A stretch of 64,000 nt of DNA from Laetmonice hystrix (GCA_965235115.1 OZ249447.1:5952001-6016000), one strand, 5' to 3'; shown: positions 24,773 through 37,743, numbered from the stretch's first letter. The notes: generated by a model not told the origin, from the sequence alone. Numbers and translations: made by a program.

Positions 24773-24920
24773 TGGCCAATTAGGGAGCGCCTATATTTAG
24801 ATTTATTAAATGGCATCCTCCTGACCAATTAGGAGGCGCCTATATTTAGATTTATTAAGTGGCATCCTACTGACCAATTAGAAGGCGCCTATATTTAGAT
24901 TTATTAAATGGCATCCTCCT
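24773..24920. repeat. Tandem repeat, 49-bp unit x3
   Basis: TGACCAATTAGGAGGCGCCTATATTTAGATTTATTAAATGGCATCCTCC; CCAAT at 24776, 24825 and 24874. Confidence 0.9.
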
Positions 24921-27900
24921 CTTTGTTTCCCGCGGGCTGATCAAGCGAAAATGCATGACTTAATTACCCGGTATGACATGGCATATAAAGTAAACATTTA
25001 CAAAACATTGAGAGTGAGAGAGGGAGAGACAAGGGGGCAGAAGCAGAGAACGTAAGAATGAATAAATGAACAATTATAGGCAGTAAAATATGTTATCTTT
25101 CCTTCAAACATTAAAGGTAATCGTTCACCCTACAGCCGCCAAGTTTTGTCGGAGCGGTGTCCCCATCTCCTACGAATCCGCGTATTTCAAGCTTACCTGA
25201 TCTTGAATCTATCCCACTGGACTGATAAAACATTCTGTCGTATCCATAACATTGTTGTGCTAGGTCTGTTGTTGATTATGAGCCATACTGAGGCGATAGG
25301 CCTACATCCCATATTTTTCGTCTCAATGGACTGAGAACCTAAACAAACCGCCATGACCGCGTTAGCATTGTTAGGGCGATCGTTACTAAACAACGGGATT
25401 GGGCGCATGCGTTGCCTCGCACTGTTCCGCCCGCCCTCCCCCCATAATTCAAATAAGGGCATGATTTGATTCGCGTGCTCTCGTCTCTAGCCAAATAGGT
25501 AAACGCTTAATTAATTAATTTAAAATATTGTCGATATGGACGCGCCATGGTACCAGACTGCTAGAAACCCCTTAAAATAATTGTTTTTACTTAAGTTTTG
25601 TTGAATTGACTGCGTTTATTTAAATTTTCTGACATATTTCCTTTAATTTATGCACGTATAATTCTTCGTTTTCTCACACTGAACGAAATTGCATTCATGT
25701 CACTTGCCCTGCCGTCCCTTCGTACAATGTTTGACATCGTAATCCATAATCTGAAGCTGCCTCTGATGGAAAGGCCCTGGGGCCGCAATTCCATACCGGC
25801 ATGCAGGTCCATGTCCTGCAGCGGACGGCTGACTGCTGGGACCTGCCGACCCCCAGCGGAGTGGGAGAGGAGGCGACGTCCACGGTCATAGATTCTGTGG
25901 TCGGTCACACGGCGGTCACACGGCGGTCACACTCAAACGGCTGCCCGCCCCGAGCCCTGCTTCAGGTCAGGGTTGAAGAAAACGGACGTCACTCGACGTG
26001 AGTTATCAAGCTAAATCTCCAGTCCATACAAGTCCTCGCCGCTACATCACTCAAGGCTGGCACAGGTCAATGTGTAAAAAACAGAGAGTCTGGAGACTGA
26101 AGAGTGCTGCTGCCCACAGGGCTTGCCTTATAGTTCTTTCCACGCTGTCTTGCACAGTAAATGGAAAATAACGGAGTGCCTCCTAACCGTAACGTCTCTA
26201 CGACATGAAATGTTGGTGCTAGCCACGCCTGGTTATGAGCAATTTTAGGAGGTAGCCGTAGGGTCAGACTGTCACAAGTCAGCTTAATGTCTGCCAGACC
26301 ATGCAGCCTCTCCGTCGGGAGGCTGTAAAATGGACAGGGCTTCCCCGTAAACTATGCGCTTCTTCCTCTAGGGGCTGCACTCCTGTGGCCAGCGGGATCC
26401 GTAAAAACGACAACATGGGTTTCGATTTTAATTACGCTTCCGGAGCTAATCTTTCTGTTTTCCCTAATGAGTCAAATGCCGCAATCTTCTGCCTGATTCA
26501 TTTTTGGAGTTGTTAAGGAGACCGCATAGGAGATTCTTAGCCGTAGGAAAGAGCAAGGCAGAAATATTTATCTATCCTCTTGAGCCATTGCCGGCCTGTG
26601 TGAAGCGTCCTGAGCAAACGTTCTGCCCATATTGTTATGTCACTGTGACGCATCAAACGACGCGCGTTATGCTACACTAATGGGTTTTGAACGGTGCATT
26701 TATACACTGGGGTCGATACTCTTGACGGGAGGAAACCCGCAATGTTGATCATATCCGGCTCCCGAGCCGTACCGTTTGGAGCACTCAGCAGGGCAGGTCG
26801 TGTCTGGAAAATAGAAATGACACATAATCATTTTGTCATCTCATACAGTATTGTGTATAGATAGAAATGTGTGGATGTATTGCCTTCTCGACAGAGCAAA
26901 GAGCCATGTGATAATAACTGCGTTGCGTGAACAAAGAATATATAAAGACTGACCTGACTCTATTTATCTTAATCAATAAGATGATATGGGGTACATAATG
27001 TCATTGCTAGCCTAGATGTAGATACCAATTCGTTATGATAGGGGCGATAGAACATGTTCTCTGTCTTAATCAGCTGAAAGTCTGAAAGGTAGTCCCCGAG
27101 ACTATTATCAATAGGCCAATGTTATTGTCTGTAGAAAGGTTTGAAAGGGGACCTTTACATAATATATACCTCACACGACTAGATGTGACATAATAGTGGG
27201 ACTTTGACTCACTTAAAATGTATGACTACTTTTATTCAGCCCACCTGTATGGCAAGGTGAACACTCACATCAATGGTAGGCCTCCATGTACACAATGTAG
27301 AGGGAACCAATCTTTAAAGGGATCTATCAACACACTGTGAACACAGGTAGTATCTCAATATTTGTACTCCTGCTATGTATGAATAGGTTGGAGTATGATA
27401 CTTTTGGTCCAGTAAAGGGTCTGGGGTTCGAATCCCACGCATGACAACTTTAATACTACAGGTGGCTTAGTGGTTTGTTGGTACCCGACGTTCATTACTG
27501 GTATGGTTGACTTTCTTTCAAGCCCAACAGAGCCTTTCTAGGTACATCCATAGAGGAACGGGATACCTGATTGCCTACAATCTGGAGGTCTAGTTTCCTC
27601 TGCTTCTATAAATCATTTCTGGATAACCTAGGAGTACTCGTGCCTGTAGTATTCTGTATTCAATTGTGTATCCGATTATAGGTATAGGCCCTAAATCAAT
27701 AACCAAACACGAGTGTTTGGGGGAATCGATGCAAATTATTAAAGTAGTCGTTCCGTGTCTGTATGCGGACTCTTACTGTTAGCCTGAGATCAGTAGGCTA
27801 TAGAACAATTGTTGATATAAACTAGACTAGATGTACCTCAATTTGTAAGCAATCTTCAGCGTGCATGATGCATGCTTGCAGCCAAAACCACAATACAGCC

Positions 27901-29386
27901 ATAGAAGTGCCTGGTCGGCATTGATGTGGTCATCGCTGGTCAGAGTGATGTAGCGAGTAGGCCGTGCCCTCTTCCCTACCTGATCAAATATTTCATTCAG
28001 TAACAAGGCTCAAAGGTAACTTAACTCGTGATCAATTAATTAGGAACGGGGAGATGCTGCCAATTTGGGAGGAAGCCACCATTAATACTAGCCTATGGCG
28101 CCGGCTTGTTAGACTGATGACCAGGTAGTGGGGACTCGCACCGTTCAAATTAAGGGGTCAAACGATGGGAGCGTTGGATCAGGTTGACACAGTGCAAGCA
28201 GTGGGCTGCAGTTGGATGAAAACCTCCACCAATACCAGCTCTGCTGATTTAGCAGGGCGAAAACAGGGGACAATTCAATGCATTAATATAACGTCTGTCA
28301 TTCCCAAACTCACAAAGGGGTATGGCGTATTGTAGGAGCGCCGCGTGGTGGCGGTGCTATGATTTAATATCTGCTTCTCCAAGTATTTATTGATTGATCG
28401 CAGGGGCCTACAACGGTATGTCGTCTTTCTGCATCAGCGCGCGATTTGCACACTTTACTGCGAACTGTAAAATGTCAAACGGGTATTGGGTGCGATAGCA
28501 TCCAATAAAACCTGTATTCTGCCCTGATTACAGATCCAAGCTTTAGCCGAAATGTATTCAATTCGGGAGGATCAGGCTTCAGCCGCTCTCCAAACGTACA
28601 CTAAGCCCCTACACCGAAATACCAGACTGTCACCAAACGGAGACATTTCACGTGGAGAGAGCTTGTTGTGCGTCATCAGGCTGGGCCCTTGCCTAGTGTG
28701 GGGTAAATGTCATGATATTGAATGACAACTTTGGGGGATATGATTTTTTGTTGAGGATGGAAAGTCTGGGATGGTAGGTGAGGGCTATACGCTGAAATTA
28801 TGGTATCAAAAATCTGGCGTTTGATATGGCAGGACATAGACAGGATTTACTGCTTTGAAGGCTTCAGTCTGAACGCTGAGCATGGTCAGCTTAGGCGGGA
28901 TCGGCACCCTATAGTTTCCTGTTAATTGGTAAGGCCATCTGCTCCCTAGTCCCAACACTAGCTCCCATCAAGAACACCATCAAGATAACAGATAAGGATC
29001 AATTTGAACACCATCCTATTTGTGGACTGTGTCTACGTACCATCTTTTACATGTTAATAGAAACCGTCCCCCTTGATCATAAAGTGTGCTTTCCACCGCG
29101 GCCCAAACCGATGTCTCATCCGTAAAATGAGCTTCAATATCGGACAAGTCCTCGTTTCTTTCTCCGAGAAGAACGTCACCCATGTATTTACCCTGCGGTG
29201 CGACACGGCATCAAATGAACTGTCCAGGGATCAGCCTTTGAGGCGTCAGGACGGGCAACGTATAGAAGCAATCGATAATCTCAGTTCTCGCAACGGTGGC
29301 GCGCTATGGAGTAAGGAGGAGGGCTCAACAGCTGAGGATGGGAAGGTTATGATTAGTGCCAATGATTAATCCTCCACTCAAGGTGA

Positions 29387-30055
29387 ATGATTCGCCTAGC
29401 CACCGCACTTGGTCTGCTCCTGCAAATTAATACTGTAGGTGGTAAGGAGTATACCGGCTGTATACTTCAATTAGACACTGTAGGTGGTAAGGAGTATACC
29501 GGCTGTATACTTCAATTAGACACTGTTGGTGGCAAGGAGTATACCGGCTGTATACTTCAATTAGACACTGTTAGTGGCAAGGAGTATACCGGCTGTATAC
29601 TTCAATTAGACATTGTTAGTGGCAAGGAGTATACCGGCTGTATACTTCAATTAGACACTGTTGGTGGCAAGGAGTATACCGGCTGTATACTTCAATTAGA
29701 CACTGTTGGTGGCAAGGAGTATACCGGCTGTATACTTCAATTAGACACTGTTGGTGGTAAGGAGTATACCGGCTGTATACTTCAATTAGACACTGTTGGT
29801 GGTAAGGAGTATACCGGCCGTATACTTCAATTAGACACTTTTTGTGGTAAGGAGTATACCGGCTGTATACTTCAATTAGACACTGTTGGTGGTAAGGAGT
29901 ATACCGGCTGTATACTTCAATTAGACACTGTTGGTGGTAAGGAGTATACCGGCTGTATACTTCAATTAGACACTGTTGGTGGCAAGGAGTATACCGGCTG
30001 TATACTTCAATTAGACACTGTTGGTGGCAAGGAGTATACCGGCTGTATACTTTAA
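29387..30055 (+). CDS. Hypothetical repeat ORF: hydrophobic leader plus (KEYTGCILQLDTVGG)n; coding status doubtful
   Basis: 222-aa ATG-initiated ORF made almost entirely of the 45-bp array; no homology recognised. Confidence 0.12.
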   Translation: MIRLATALGLLLQINTVGGKEYTGCILQLDTVGGKEYTGCILQLDTVGGKEYTGCILQLDTVSGKEYTGCILQLDIVSGKEYTGCILQLDTVGGKEYTGCILQLDTVGGKEYTGCILQLDTVGGKEYTGCILQLDTVGGKEYTGRILQLDTFCGKEYTGCILQLDTVGGKEYTGCILQLDTVGGKEYTGCILQLDTVGGKEYTGCILQLDTVGGKEYTGCIL

Positions 30056-30520
30056 TTATACACTATTGGTGGTAAGGAGTATACCGGCTGTATACTTCAA
30101 TTAGACACTGTTGGTGGTAAGGAGTATACCGGCTGTATACTTTGATAAGACATTGTTAGTGGCAAGGAGTATACCGGCTGTATACTTTGATAAGACATTG
30201 TTAGTGGCAAGGAGTATACCGGCTGTATACTTTGATAAGACATTGTTAGTGGCAAGGAGTATACCGGCTGTATACTTTGATAAGACATTGTTAGTGGCAA
30301 GGAGTATACCGGCTGTATACTTTGATAAGACATTGTTAGTGGCAAGGAGTATACCGGCTGTATACTTTGATAAGACATTGTTAGTGGCAAGGAGTATACC
30401 GGCTGTAGCCTATATACTTCGATAAGACGACATTGTTGGTGGCAAGAAGTATGCCGGCTATAAACTTCGATAAGACACTGTTGGTGGCAAGGAGTATGCC
30501 AGCTGTATATTTCGAATAAA
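29429..30520. repeat. Minisatellite, 45-bp unit x~24, two sequence sub-blocks, hairpin in each unit
   Basis: Block A is GACACTGTTGGTGGTAAGGAGTATACCGGCTGTATACTTCAATTA. Block B (from ~30140) is GACATTGTTAGTGGCAAGGAGTATACCGGCTGTATACTTTGATAA. Units decay after ~30400. Confidence 0.97.
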
Positions 30521-31307
30521 ATTCTGTTGGTTGTAGGGAATATACCAGCTGGAATCTTAGTTGCTGAACCTTATCACTGTATCTTGATAAGTACCCTAAA
30601 GACGTTCAGGCATTAGCAAAGCCCAGAAAAGTCTTTTTTATCAATTTTTGTCAAGAAGGTGAAAGAAATTGCTTGCTGTCTCTGAACGGCTGATTTTTTG
30701 TCCACATCTTTTAGGGCCCATTGCCGACTTTGCAGCGTCACTTATCTGTTCGTGTGGGTGGGTGATGGTGGATACGAGTTGGAAGGATGGAACCCCAAGT
30801 AATTCAAAGCCAGTTCTTCTCATTGGTAACTATAGCAACATGATCTCCGATGCGAGGAGCGTGGAGTGTCACTTCACGATTGTGAGGTCCCGAGTGACGA
30901 GCCGCGGCAGCTCGCGCTCACCGAGTCGGCTTAGATTCCTTTCACCGACGGGCGAGCCTCGCTCTTGGAAAAGGACTCCCGCACGGCGAGAAACAGCGAG
31001 AATCATATCAGACATGAACATGCTCGCACGACTGCCTGGTGACTGTAAGAAAAGGTCCAGTAGTCAGATAATACGATAAGCACGTCGCGAAATCTATACG
31101 GTAATTATTTCTTTGCCATGACGGGTTGGTTTGATAAGGTGAATATAGAAATAAATGTCCCGAGTGGCGGTATGTGTCGAATGAATGCGGAACGTTCAGG
31201 TCGACCCCACATCATATTTCTTGGATCCAGTCATCCTGTGGTAATTGCTCACGCATGGTAACAGTAACAGTATGGCTATCAGGTCTTGCGCCTCCCCATT
31301 TCAGAAA

Positions 31308-32116
31308 ATCGTAATCATTATCTTCATTAATAAGAACAAAGTTTGAGCCCGTATAGTGTCTATCGTAATCATTATCTCCATTAATAAGAACAAAGTTTGA
31401 GCCCGTATAGTGTCTATCGTAATCATTATCTCCATTAATAAGAACAAAGTTTGAGCCCGTATAGTGTCTATCGTAATCATTATCTCCATTAATAAGAACA
31501 AAGTTTGAGCCCGTATAGTGTCTATCGTAATCATTATCTTCATTAATAAGGACAAAGTTTGAGCCCGTATAGTGTCTATCGTAATCATTATCTCCATTAA
31601 TAAGAACAAAGTTTGAGCCCGTATAGTGTCTATCGTAATCATTATCTGCATTAATAAGAACAAAGTTTGAGCCCGTATAGTGTCTATCGTAATCATTATC
31701 TCCATTAATAAGAACAAAGTTTGAGCCCGTATAGTGTCTATCGTAATCATTATCTCCATTAATAAGAACAAGTTTGAGCCCGTATAGTGTCTATCGTAAT
31801 CATTATCTCCATTAATAAGAACAAAGTTTGAGCCCGTATAGTGTCTATCGTAATCATTATATCCATTAATAAGAGCAAAGTTTGAGCCCGTATAGTGTCT
31901 ATCGTAATCATTATCTGCATAAATAAGAACAAAGTTTGAGCCCGTATAGTGTCTATCGTAATCATTATCTGCATTAATAAGAACAAAGTTTGAGACCGTA
32001 TAGTGTCTATCGTAATCATTATCTCCATTAATAAGAACAAAGTTTGAGCCCGTATTGTGTCTATCGTAATCACTATCTCCATTAATAAGAACAAAGTTTG
32101 GGCCCGTATAGTGTCT
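31308..32116. repeat. Minisatellite, 54-bp unit x15
   Basis: ATCGTAATCATTATCTCCATTAATAAGAACAAAGTTTGAGCCCGTATAGTGTCT; one unit has a 1-bp deletion near 31770. Confidence 0.97.
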
Positions 32117-33451
32117 ATATTTAATGCCAACTCTGGTTAAATACACGAAAGGCCTTGTCCATTGATGTCGGTGCGATCTAGTGTTTTAAGAACGGAATCC
32201 ACGCTGTAGTATTTGCTCTAAGTTCACACCTGATTCTGAAAATGGATTTAATAATTTCGACTCGAAATCGAAATGGAATAAGGCAATGAGGCAAAACGCG
32301 CAAGGGTTATTAAACTCAACGTCGCTGACACGTGATTGTAAATATTTTAAACAGCTTGTTGACCTCAGCGTGGCTGTTCCAAGCAGAACTATTTCATTGC
32401 GATTTCCCAGGTATCTGCAGTGTTTGCTTCTCATTCCTCCCCTATCCTGAAAATGGCCTTCACCATTGTACGTCCGAATCGCAAGCTCCCCTCGAGAAAA
32501 ATGGCGCAAGTCATGGCCTTTTAGGATCCTTTAATTATCTGGCTGAAGCCATTGTACGGCGAAAAGCGTTGCGAGCTTGTCATTCCTGTGGCTAAATGAA
32601 TACTAGATTGGCGGTATTTATTGGTGGCGTGTAGTTATAAACAAACTTGTGTCACAGCGGGCAGGTAACCTTAGAACTTCACCCAGACAGAGTTCCCGCC
32701 TTCCGAGACTGGACTCCAGGCTCCCTCGTGCTTGTCTATAGGGTCCAGGTGTTGAGATGCCAGAAACCCTCCCACCCTGCCGACTGGTTTATCGATATTG
32801 ACCTTACTACCACACAGACGTCAGTATCATGCGTGGTGAAACCCGCTAATTAGCCACATATGTCTGCTGATAGCAGGCAAAGGTTGCACGTGTAGACTCG
32901 GCGTGTGGGCAATGATCGTTATATCACTCACCTTGCGTGTACCGCAAGACGCCGACGTCTTTCTAAGTGTTCATTAATTTTCGAGCAGGAATGCAATGTA
33001 TGGATATCAGGGGAGAAAGGCACCGTCCATACATGCAATGTAGTGTTGTTGTCGGATCATGTCATACAATGAATACAATAGAGGTAAACAACTGTAATAA
33101 TACTGACTTCAACCAACGGTACAACCAACAGCTTCTGCCCCGGTTAAATGAGTGGGCATCGGTATGATGATTCGCTGGAATCGCTTTATTATAAATAGAA
33201 AATTAACCATAATTATTTGTCCAGTTATTGTGTACAGGAGACCAGGGGCGAAATATAACTTTTACGTCAAGGTAACAATTAATTAAATGACAAAAAGATG
33301 TATTTTCTGATGGATTAACACGCTTCACTCTTTTTGTGAGAGTGATAAAAACGTTTATCTTCACCGATTTGTATTAAGATCTTAGCTCCTGACACGATTA
33401 CAATCTACTTGATAAGGAAATGGTCAGAGATCACACTGAATGATGAAATAT

Positions 33452-33997
33452 GGAATCCACATCATGGCGGTTCTATTAAAATCTACATCATGGTGGTTCC
33501 ATTAAAATCCACATCATGGTGGTTCCATTAAAATCCACATCATGGCGGTTCTATTAAAATCTACATCATGGTGGTTCCATTAAAATCCACATCATGGTGG
33601 TTCCATTAAAATCCACATCATGGTGGTTCCATTAAAATCCACATCATGGTGGTTCCATTAAAATCCACATCATGGTGGTTCCATTAAAATCCACATCATG
33701 GTGGTTCCATTAAAATCCACATCATGGTGGTTCCATTAAAATCCACATCATGGTGGTTCCATTAAAATCCACATCATGGCGGTTCCATTGAAATCCACAT
33801 CATGGCGGTTCCATTAAAATCCACATCATGGCGGTTCCATTAAAATCCACATCATGGTGGTTCCATTAAAATCCACATCATGGTGGTTCCATTAAAATCC
33901 ACATCATGGTGGTTACATTAAAATCCACATCATGGCGGTTCCATTAAAATCTACATCATGGTGGTTCCATTAAAATCCACATCATGGGGGTTCCATT
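33452..33997. repeat. Minisatellite, 26-bp unit x21
   Basis: AAAATCCACATCATGGTGGTTCCATT with GGCGG and CTAC variants. Confidence 0.97.
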
Positions 33998-35148
33998 GCT
34001 GAAGGCCGCTACCAGTTGTTGGCGTTTTGAATCCCGGAACCCTGGGCCCGGAACGGGTGGCGCCATCTACATCAATGTGTCGGGTTAGTGATCCGGCTTG
34101 GCGTGCCGGAGTCAGGCACCGACTGTGGAATACGGCCCCCGTCAAACACCATCAAGTCCCCATCATTGCTGCTCCCTCGAAAACCATTAGGGCACGCCAA
34201 GGCAGCAATTGTGTCCCGTCCTATCCACTCACCTTGGAGAACGGTCCTCCAGTGATGCTCAGATCGGGACGACGTCAATTCATTTTTACGTTGGCAGTGT
34301 ACGAGTCTAATTTTGGAAGACAGTGAGGATGAATTGCTTTGAAAGTAGAGATTGCAGGCAGAAGATGGTTTTGTATTTGTATGTCGGTTTAGGGTTGACT
34401 AGGACTGTGGTAAATATCTAGGCCTATAGAGGTTGGGAAGAACCAAACAGGAAAGAGGTCACTATGACGTTGGCGCCAGTCTTGACTGCACACATACAAC
34501 AACACTAGTACAAGTCACCATATTCCTTGTTTCGAAACCAAAGACGGCTGACTGCATTCAGTCTCAGTCAGTTCAGGTATAGTTTAGTGTCAGACAATGG
34601 GGACGTTTTGACTGTTTGATAGCTCGGGTTGCTAGGTAATCATCGGAAAGGAATTGAAACAGAAATAAAATAAAACTCCGAAAACCTTCGTGTTTTTTTT
34701 AATATTTCATCCGATAGGTAATGGAAATCTCAACTTACAGTCCGTGCATGGGATAATGAGTCCATAACAAATACAAATCTCTTGAACTTGAATGTTCCAG
34801 ATTCTACGACAAGTTATTACAGAAAGCGTATTCTTGTGGCGGAGAATATTCAGAAGTGGATTGGATGTCGTTGATAGGCACCAAATAGGATGAAACCCGA
34901 TCTTCTGGTAGTCAGGTGCAAACGTTTCCATGTCAAGGTCAGTTCCTGTATGCCTTGGCTTTGTCAAGGACACTCCATGTAACGCTATCTCCTGTATGGT
35001 CTCACAGATCGATGGCGTGTGGGCCACACATTGGACAGGTTGCATTATTAAGTTTCAGGACGGCGCTTAATTGGGACTGTACTTTTCGAATATTGCACTG
35101 AGAACTCTGTATGAACTTGCGTGAAATAATTTGTGTTGATGCGTCCAG

Positions 35149-35310
35149 CAGAGGCGTCCGTCTCACTAAGGTCTGACCAGTTATTAACGATATCGTAAGG
35201 TTATTATACAAGTAAATGGGAGGCCACTAGTTAATAACCAGTTGGTCTGTCATTGACTCCCATGTAAATAGACGATATCGTTAATAACCAGACCTGATTA
35301 CGGGCCCCTG
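35149..35310. mobile_element. Small Harbinger-like MITE (~160 bp)
   Basis: Right end ACGGGCCCCTG and a degenerate left end. Perfect 17-bp internal inverted repeat GTTATTAACGATATCGT (35180-35196 / 35272-35288). Confidence 0.5.
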
Positions 35311-35751
35311 GACGGGTACCGTGTGGCGGTAACAGAATTTTGACCTCTCGTTGCTCCAGAATAGATTCAGGGGTGGCCGAGGGGGCACGCCCCTCGCAAC
35401 AAAAACATAGGCAGGACTTAGAACGCTGGCACTGCGTTCATACTTCCTTATGTGCTAAATGAGCTGATTTGCCTCTATCTATTCGTTCCTTTTTAAAGTC
35501 TACGGTTTAATATTGTATCTCCTGCACCCTCGACCGTGGAAGAGAGACTCCACCGTGAAATAATCTCCCTAAATCCAGGCCCCAAATACAGTTGGCCGCT
35601 GGCGTTTTTGAAATGGACATGTTAACCTGAAGTCAGGGCTCTCATGACGCCTCGCCACGTGAGCCAGAAAGCTCTCGTTCTTACTAAACCCGAACCGATA
35701 GATCTTCGGAACCCGCTCTTCGCTTTTCTTTCCTCATGTTTCTTTCTGTAG

Positions 35752-35808
35752 CCTGCTGCAAGTTCCACTGTCTCGCCCTATTTTTGACCTCGTAAAAGGG
35801 AACGTATT
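35752..35808 (+). CDS. Candidate isolated 57-bp coding exon (LLQVPLSRPIFDLVKGNV)
   Basis: Strong polypyrimidine acceptor (TTTTCTTTCCTCATGTTTCTTTCTGTAG), a GTAAGG donor, a frame-preserving length and one open frame; no homology recognised. Confidence 0.15.
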
Positions 35809-36663
35809 GTAAGGAGGTCTGACGTTGGTCCGGTAACATCTGTTAGGGCCCGGTAACATCTGTTAGGCAGCTGTTTTTTAATGTGGGAAACAGAGAAAGG
35901 AGTGCTAACAAAGATAGGGTTGCAAAGAGAAGGAAGCCGACAACTTAAACAGCGGCAAAATATTTAAGAGGAGAAAGAATGAGTAGTTGTGAGAATGTGG
36001 GGGTGAAACGAAGGCGTCCAACGTAATGTACATGATGTACCATAAACAGAAAAGTAGAACTGACTTGCCAAGATTAATAGTTGAGGTAGATAATCAATAT
36101 TACAGACCATTAGAAATAAAAAGGGACACTCTTTATTTAGGGACACCCTGTTAGGATATCTGGTGGAGCATTCAGTACGGTATCACGTATCCGTCTCTTC
36201 CTATTCAAGACGACACAAACATGTAGCTTGACCTCTGCCAAGGGGGCAAGGTTAAAGTGTTGGCAGCAGAAACATGACGAGCTCAATTACTATGAGACAT
36301 CTAGTTAATACACTTTTCGTCATTTTTCTCCTTGGGGTTGTGTAATTGAAGTGGATCACTGATTAAAAAAAATAACCTTTTCTACTTCTAGTGTATGTCT
36401 GAGCATAATCTGTCGCAGCCTGCCAAGTGCTCCAGTTCCAATCCGAGCCTGCTTAGTGACCCAGCCTGCCAAGTGTCCCAGCCCCAGCCCCAGCCTGCCA
36501 AGTGCCCAGCCCCAACCCGATGGGGCTGCAGAGACCTATAGCATCCCCTCCACGCGATCTGATTTCTGTCAATGAATTGCCTCTGTGGAGACACACAGCC
36601 TATAGACAGTCATGTGTCTATACCTAGGCCCACAGTGGTGATCCAGGCATCCTCTTTTAGATG

Positions 36664-37743
36664 TTATACCTTTAGTTTCCAGCAGATAGAATGATTACCA
36701 TTTGGATAGTAGTCCTCCAGTGCTGTTCTATCCGGCAGTATACCCAGATCGTATAGGTGCTGCTTGTCCGTTTGGCGGCCAGGTAAACACTGGCAGAGCT
36801 CGCCTGTTGGTCGGCCGACCCACCAACCCACCCCTGCTGTGGGTGTGGCATGCGCAACTTCCCCTGCCATGATCGGGCCCTGGGCATTGCGCTTAGCCCA
36901 TGGGTGAAAGGATCGCGAGAGCCATGCACATAGATCACGGCCTACAAATAGATTAAATGGCGGGCGTGCTCGTGTTAGAATCGCATTATGGAACATCGGA
37001 ATTGCTCAAAATGTCTGCCTCGTGTTTTGCAAATTTGGAACAGAACTCCGGTGTTTAACTCAAAATAGGCCGACATGGCATGTACATCTATTGACGAGGC
37101 CATTTTACTGTTGAATGTGGAAATCATTAAAAGTTAGACCTACTAAAGTCAGTATGCTATTCACCCTGACACGTACTATAGTCAGAGGCAGAGGAGGGCC
37201 TTTAGCCGTGAAGGAACTTTCACCACTTGGGACTGGGATGCTGCACTGGTTCTTATCAGTCAACAGTACTGGAACATCAACAAGGACGAGGGCAGTTGGA
37301 TATGGGCCAGAAAAGTGCCTCCGTACCAGGAAACAGTCCTCAGTCTGCCCCGAAATAATCACACCCGACCCGGTGTCATCATCGTCGTAGGTCGGCCTTC
37401 AAAACAAAGGCCTGAAATCTTGCCATTCAATCCTCCACCTGTGCCTGCCTCTTTCTCAAACATCGCTGTCGTTGACGTTTCCCGCACATTCAGTGTCCAA
37501 TTGAAAGAGATGCCGTGCGTCAGTTTTGTTGCCGTCTGACAGACTGACTGCCTCCGTCTGTGAAGGGTAGGCAGAGAACTGTGATTCGAGCTGTGCGGCG
37601 GACGAGCTACAAAGTGTCACCGTTGCCCCTGTCGTCGTCTTGGTGATGTCGGCTGCTGCGTCTACTGCTGCTGCTGCTGCTGCTGCTGGCAGTGCGGCGG
37701 TGGCGGCAGTAGCAGTAGCGAGCTCGGGGCTAGCAGCCGACAT
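36664..37743 (-). pseudogene. Decayed ORF-like segment (poly-Ala N-terminus), possibly retroelement gag/ORF1
   Basis: A Kozak-like AAAATGT starts MSAASPELATATAATAALPAAAAAAAVD. Three track ORFs (37456-37767, 37105-37362, 36664-36996) lie in the same minus frame, separated by a few stops. Family not recognised. Confidence 0.2.

Noticed and set aside
27400-27445. tRNA gene from B-box GGTTCGAATCCC
   Set aside because: No cloverleaf or properly spaced A-box; at most a SINE scrap.
29170-29240. Minus-strand SLDSSFDAVSHRR resembling RT LD..KAFD.V.H
   Set aside because: Isolated motif with no flanking RT blocks at the proper spacing.
29429-30520. CRISPR array suggested by hairpin repeats
   Set aside because: The intervening sequences are near-identical, so it is a tandem repeat.
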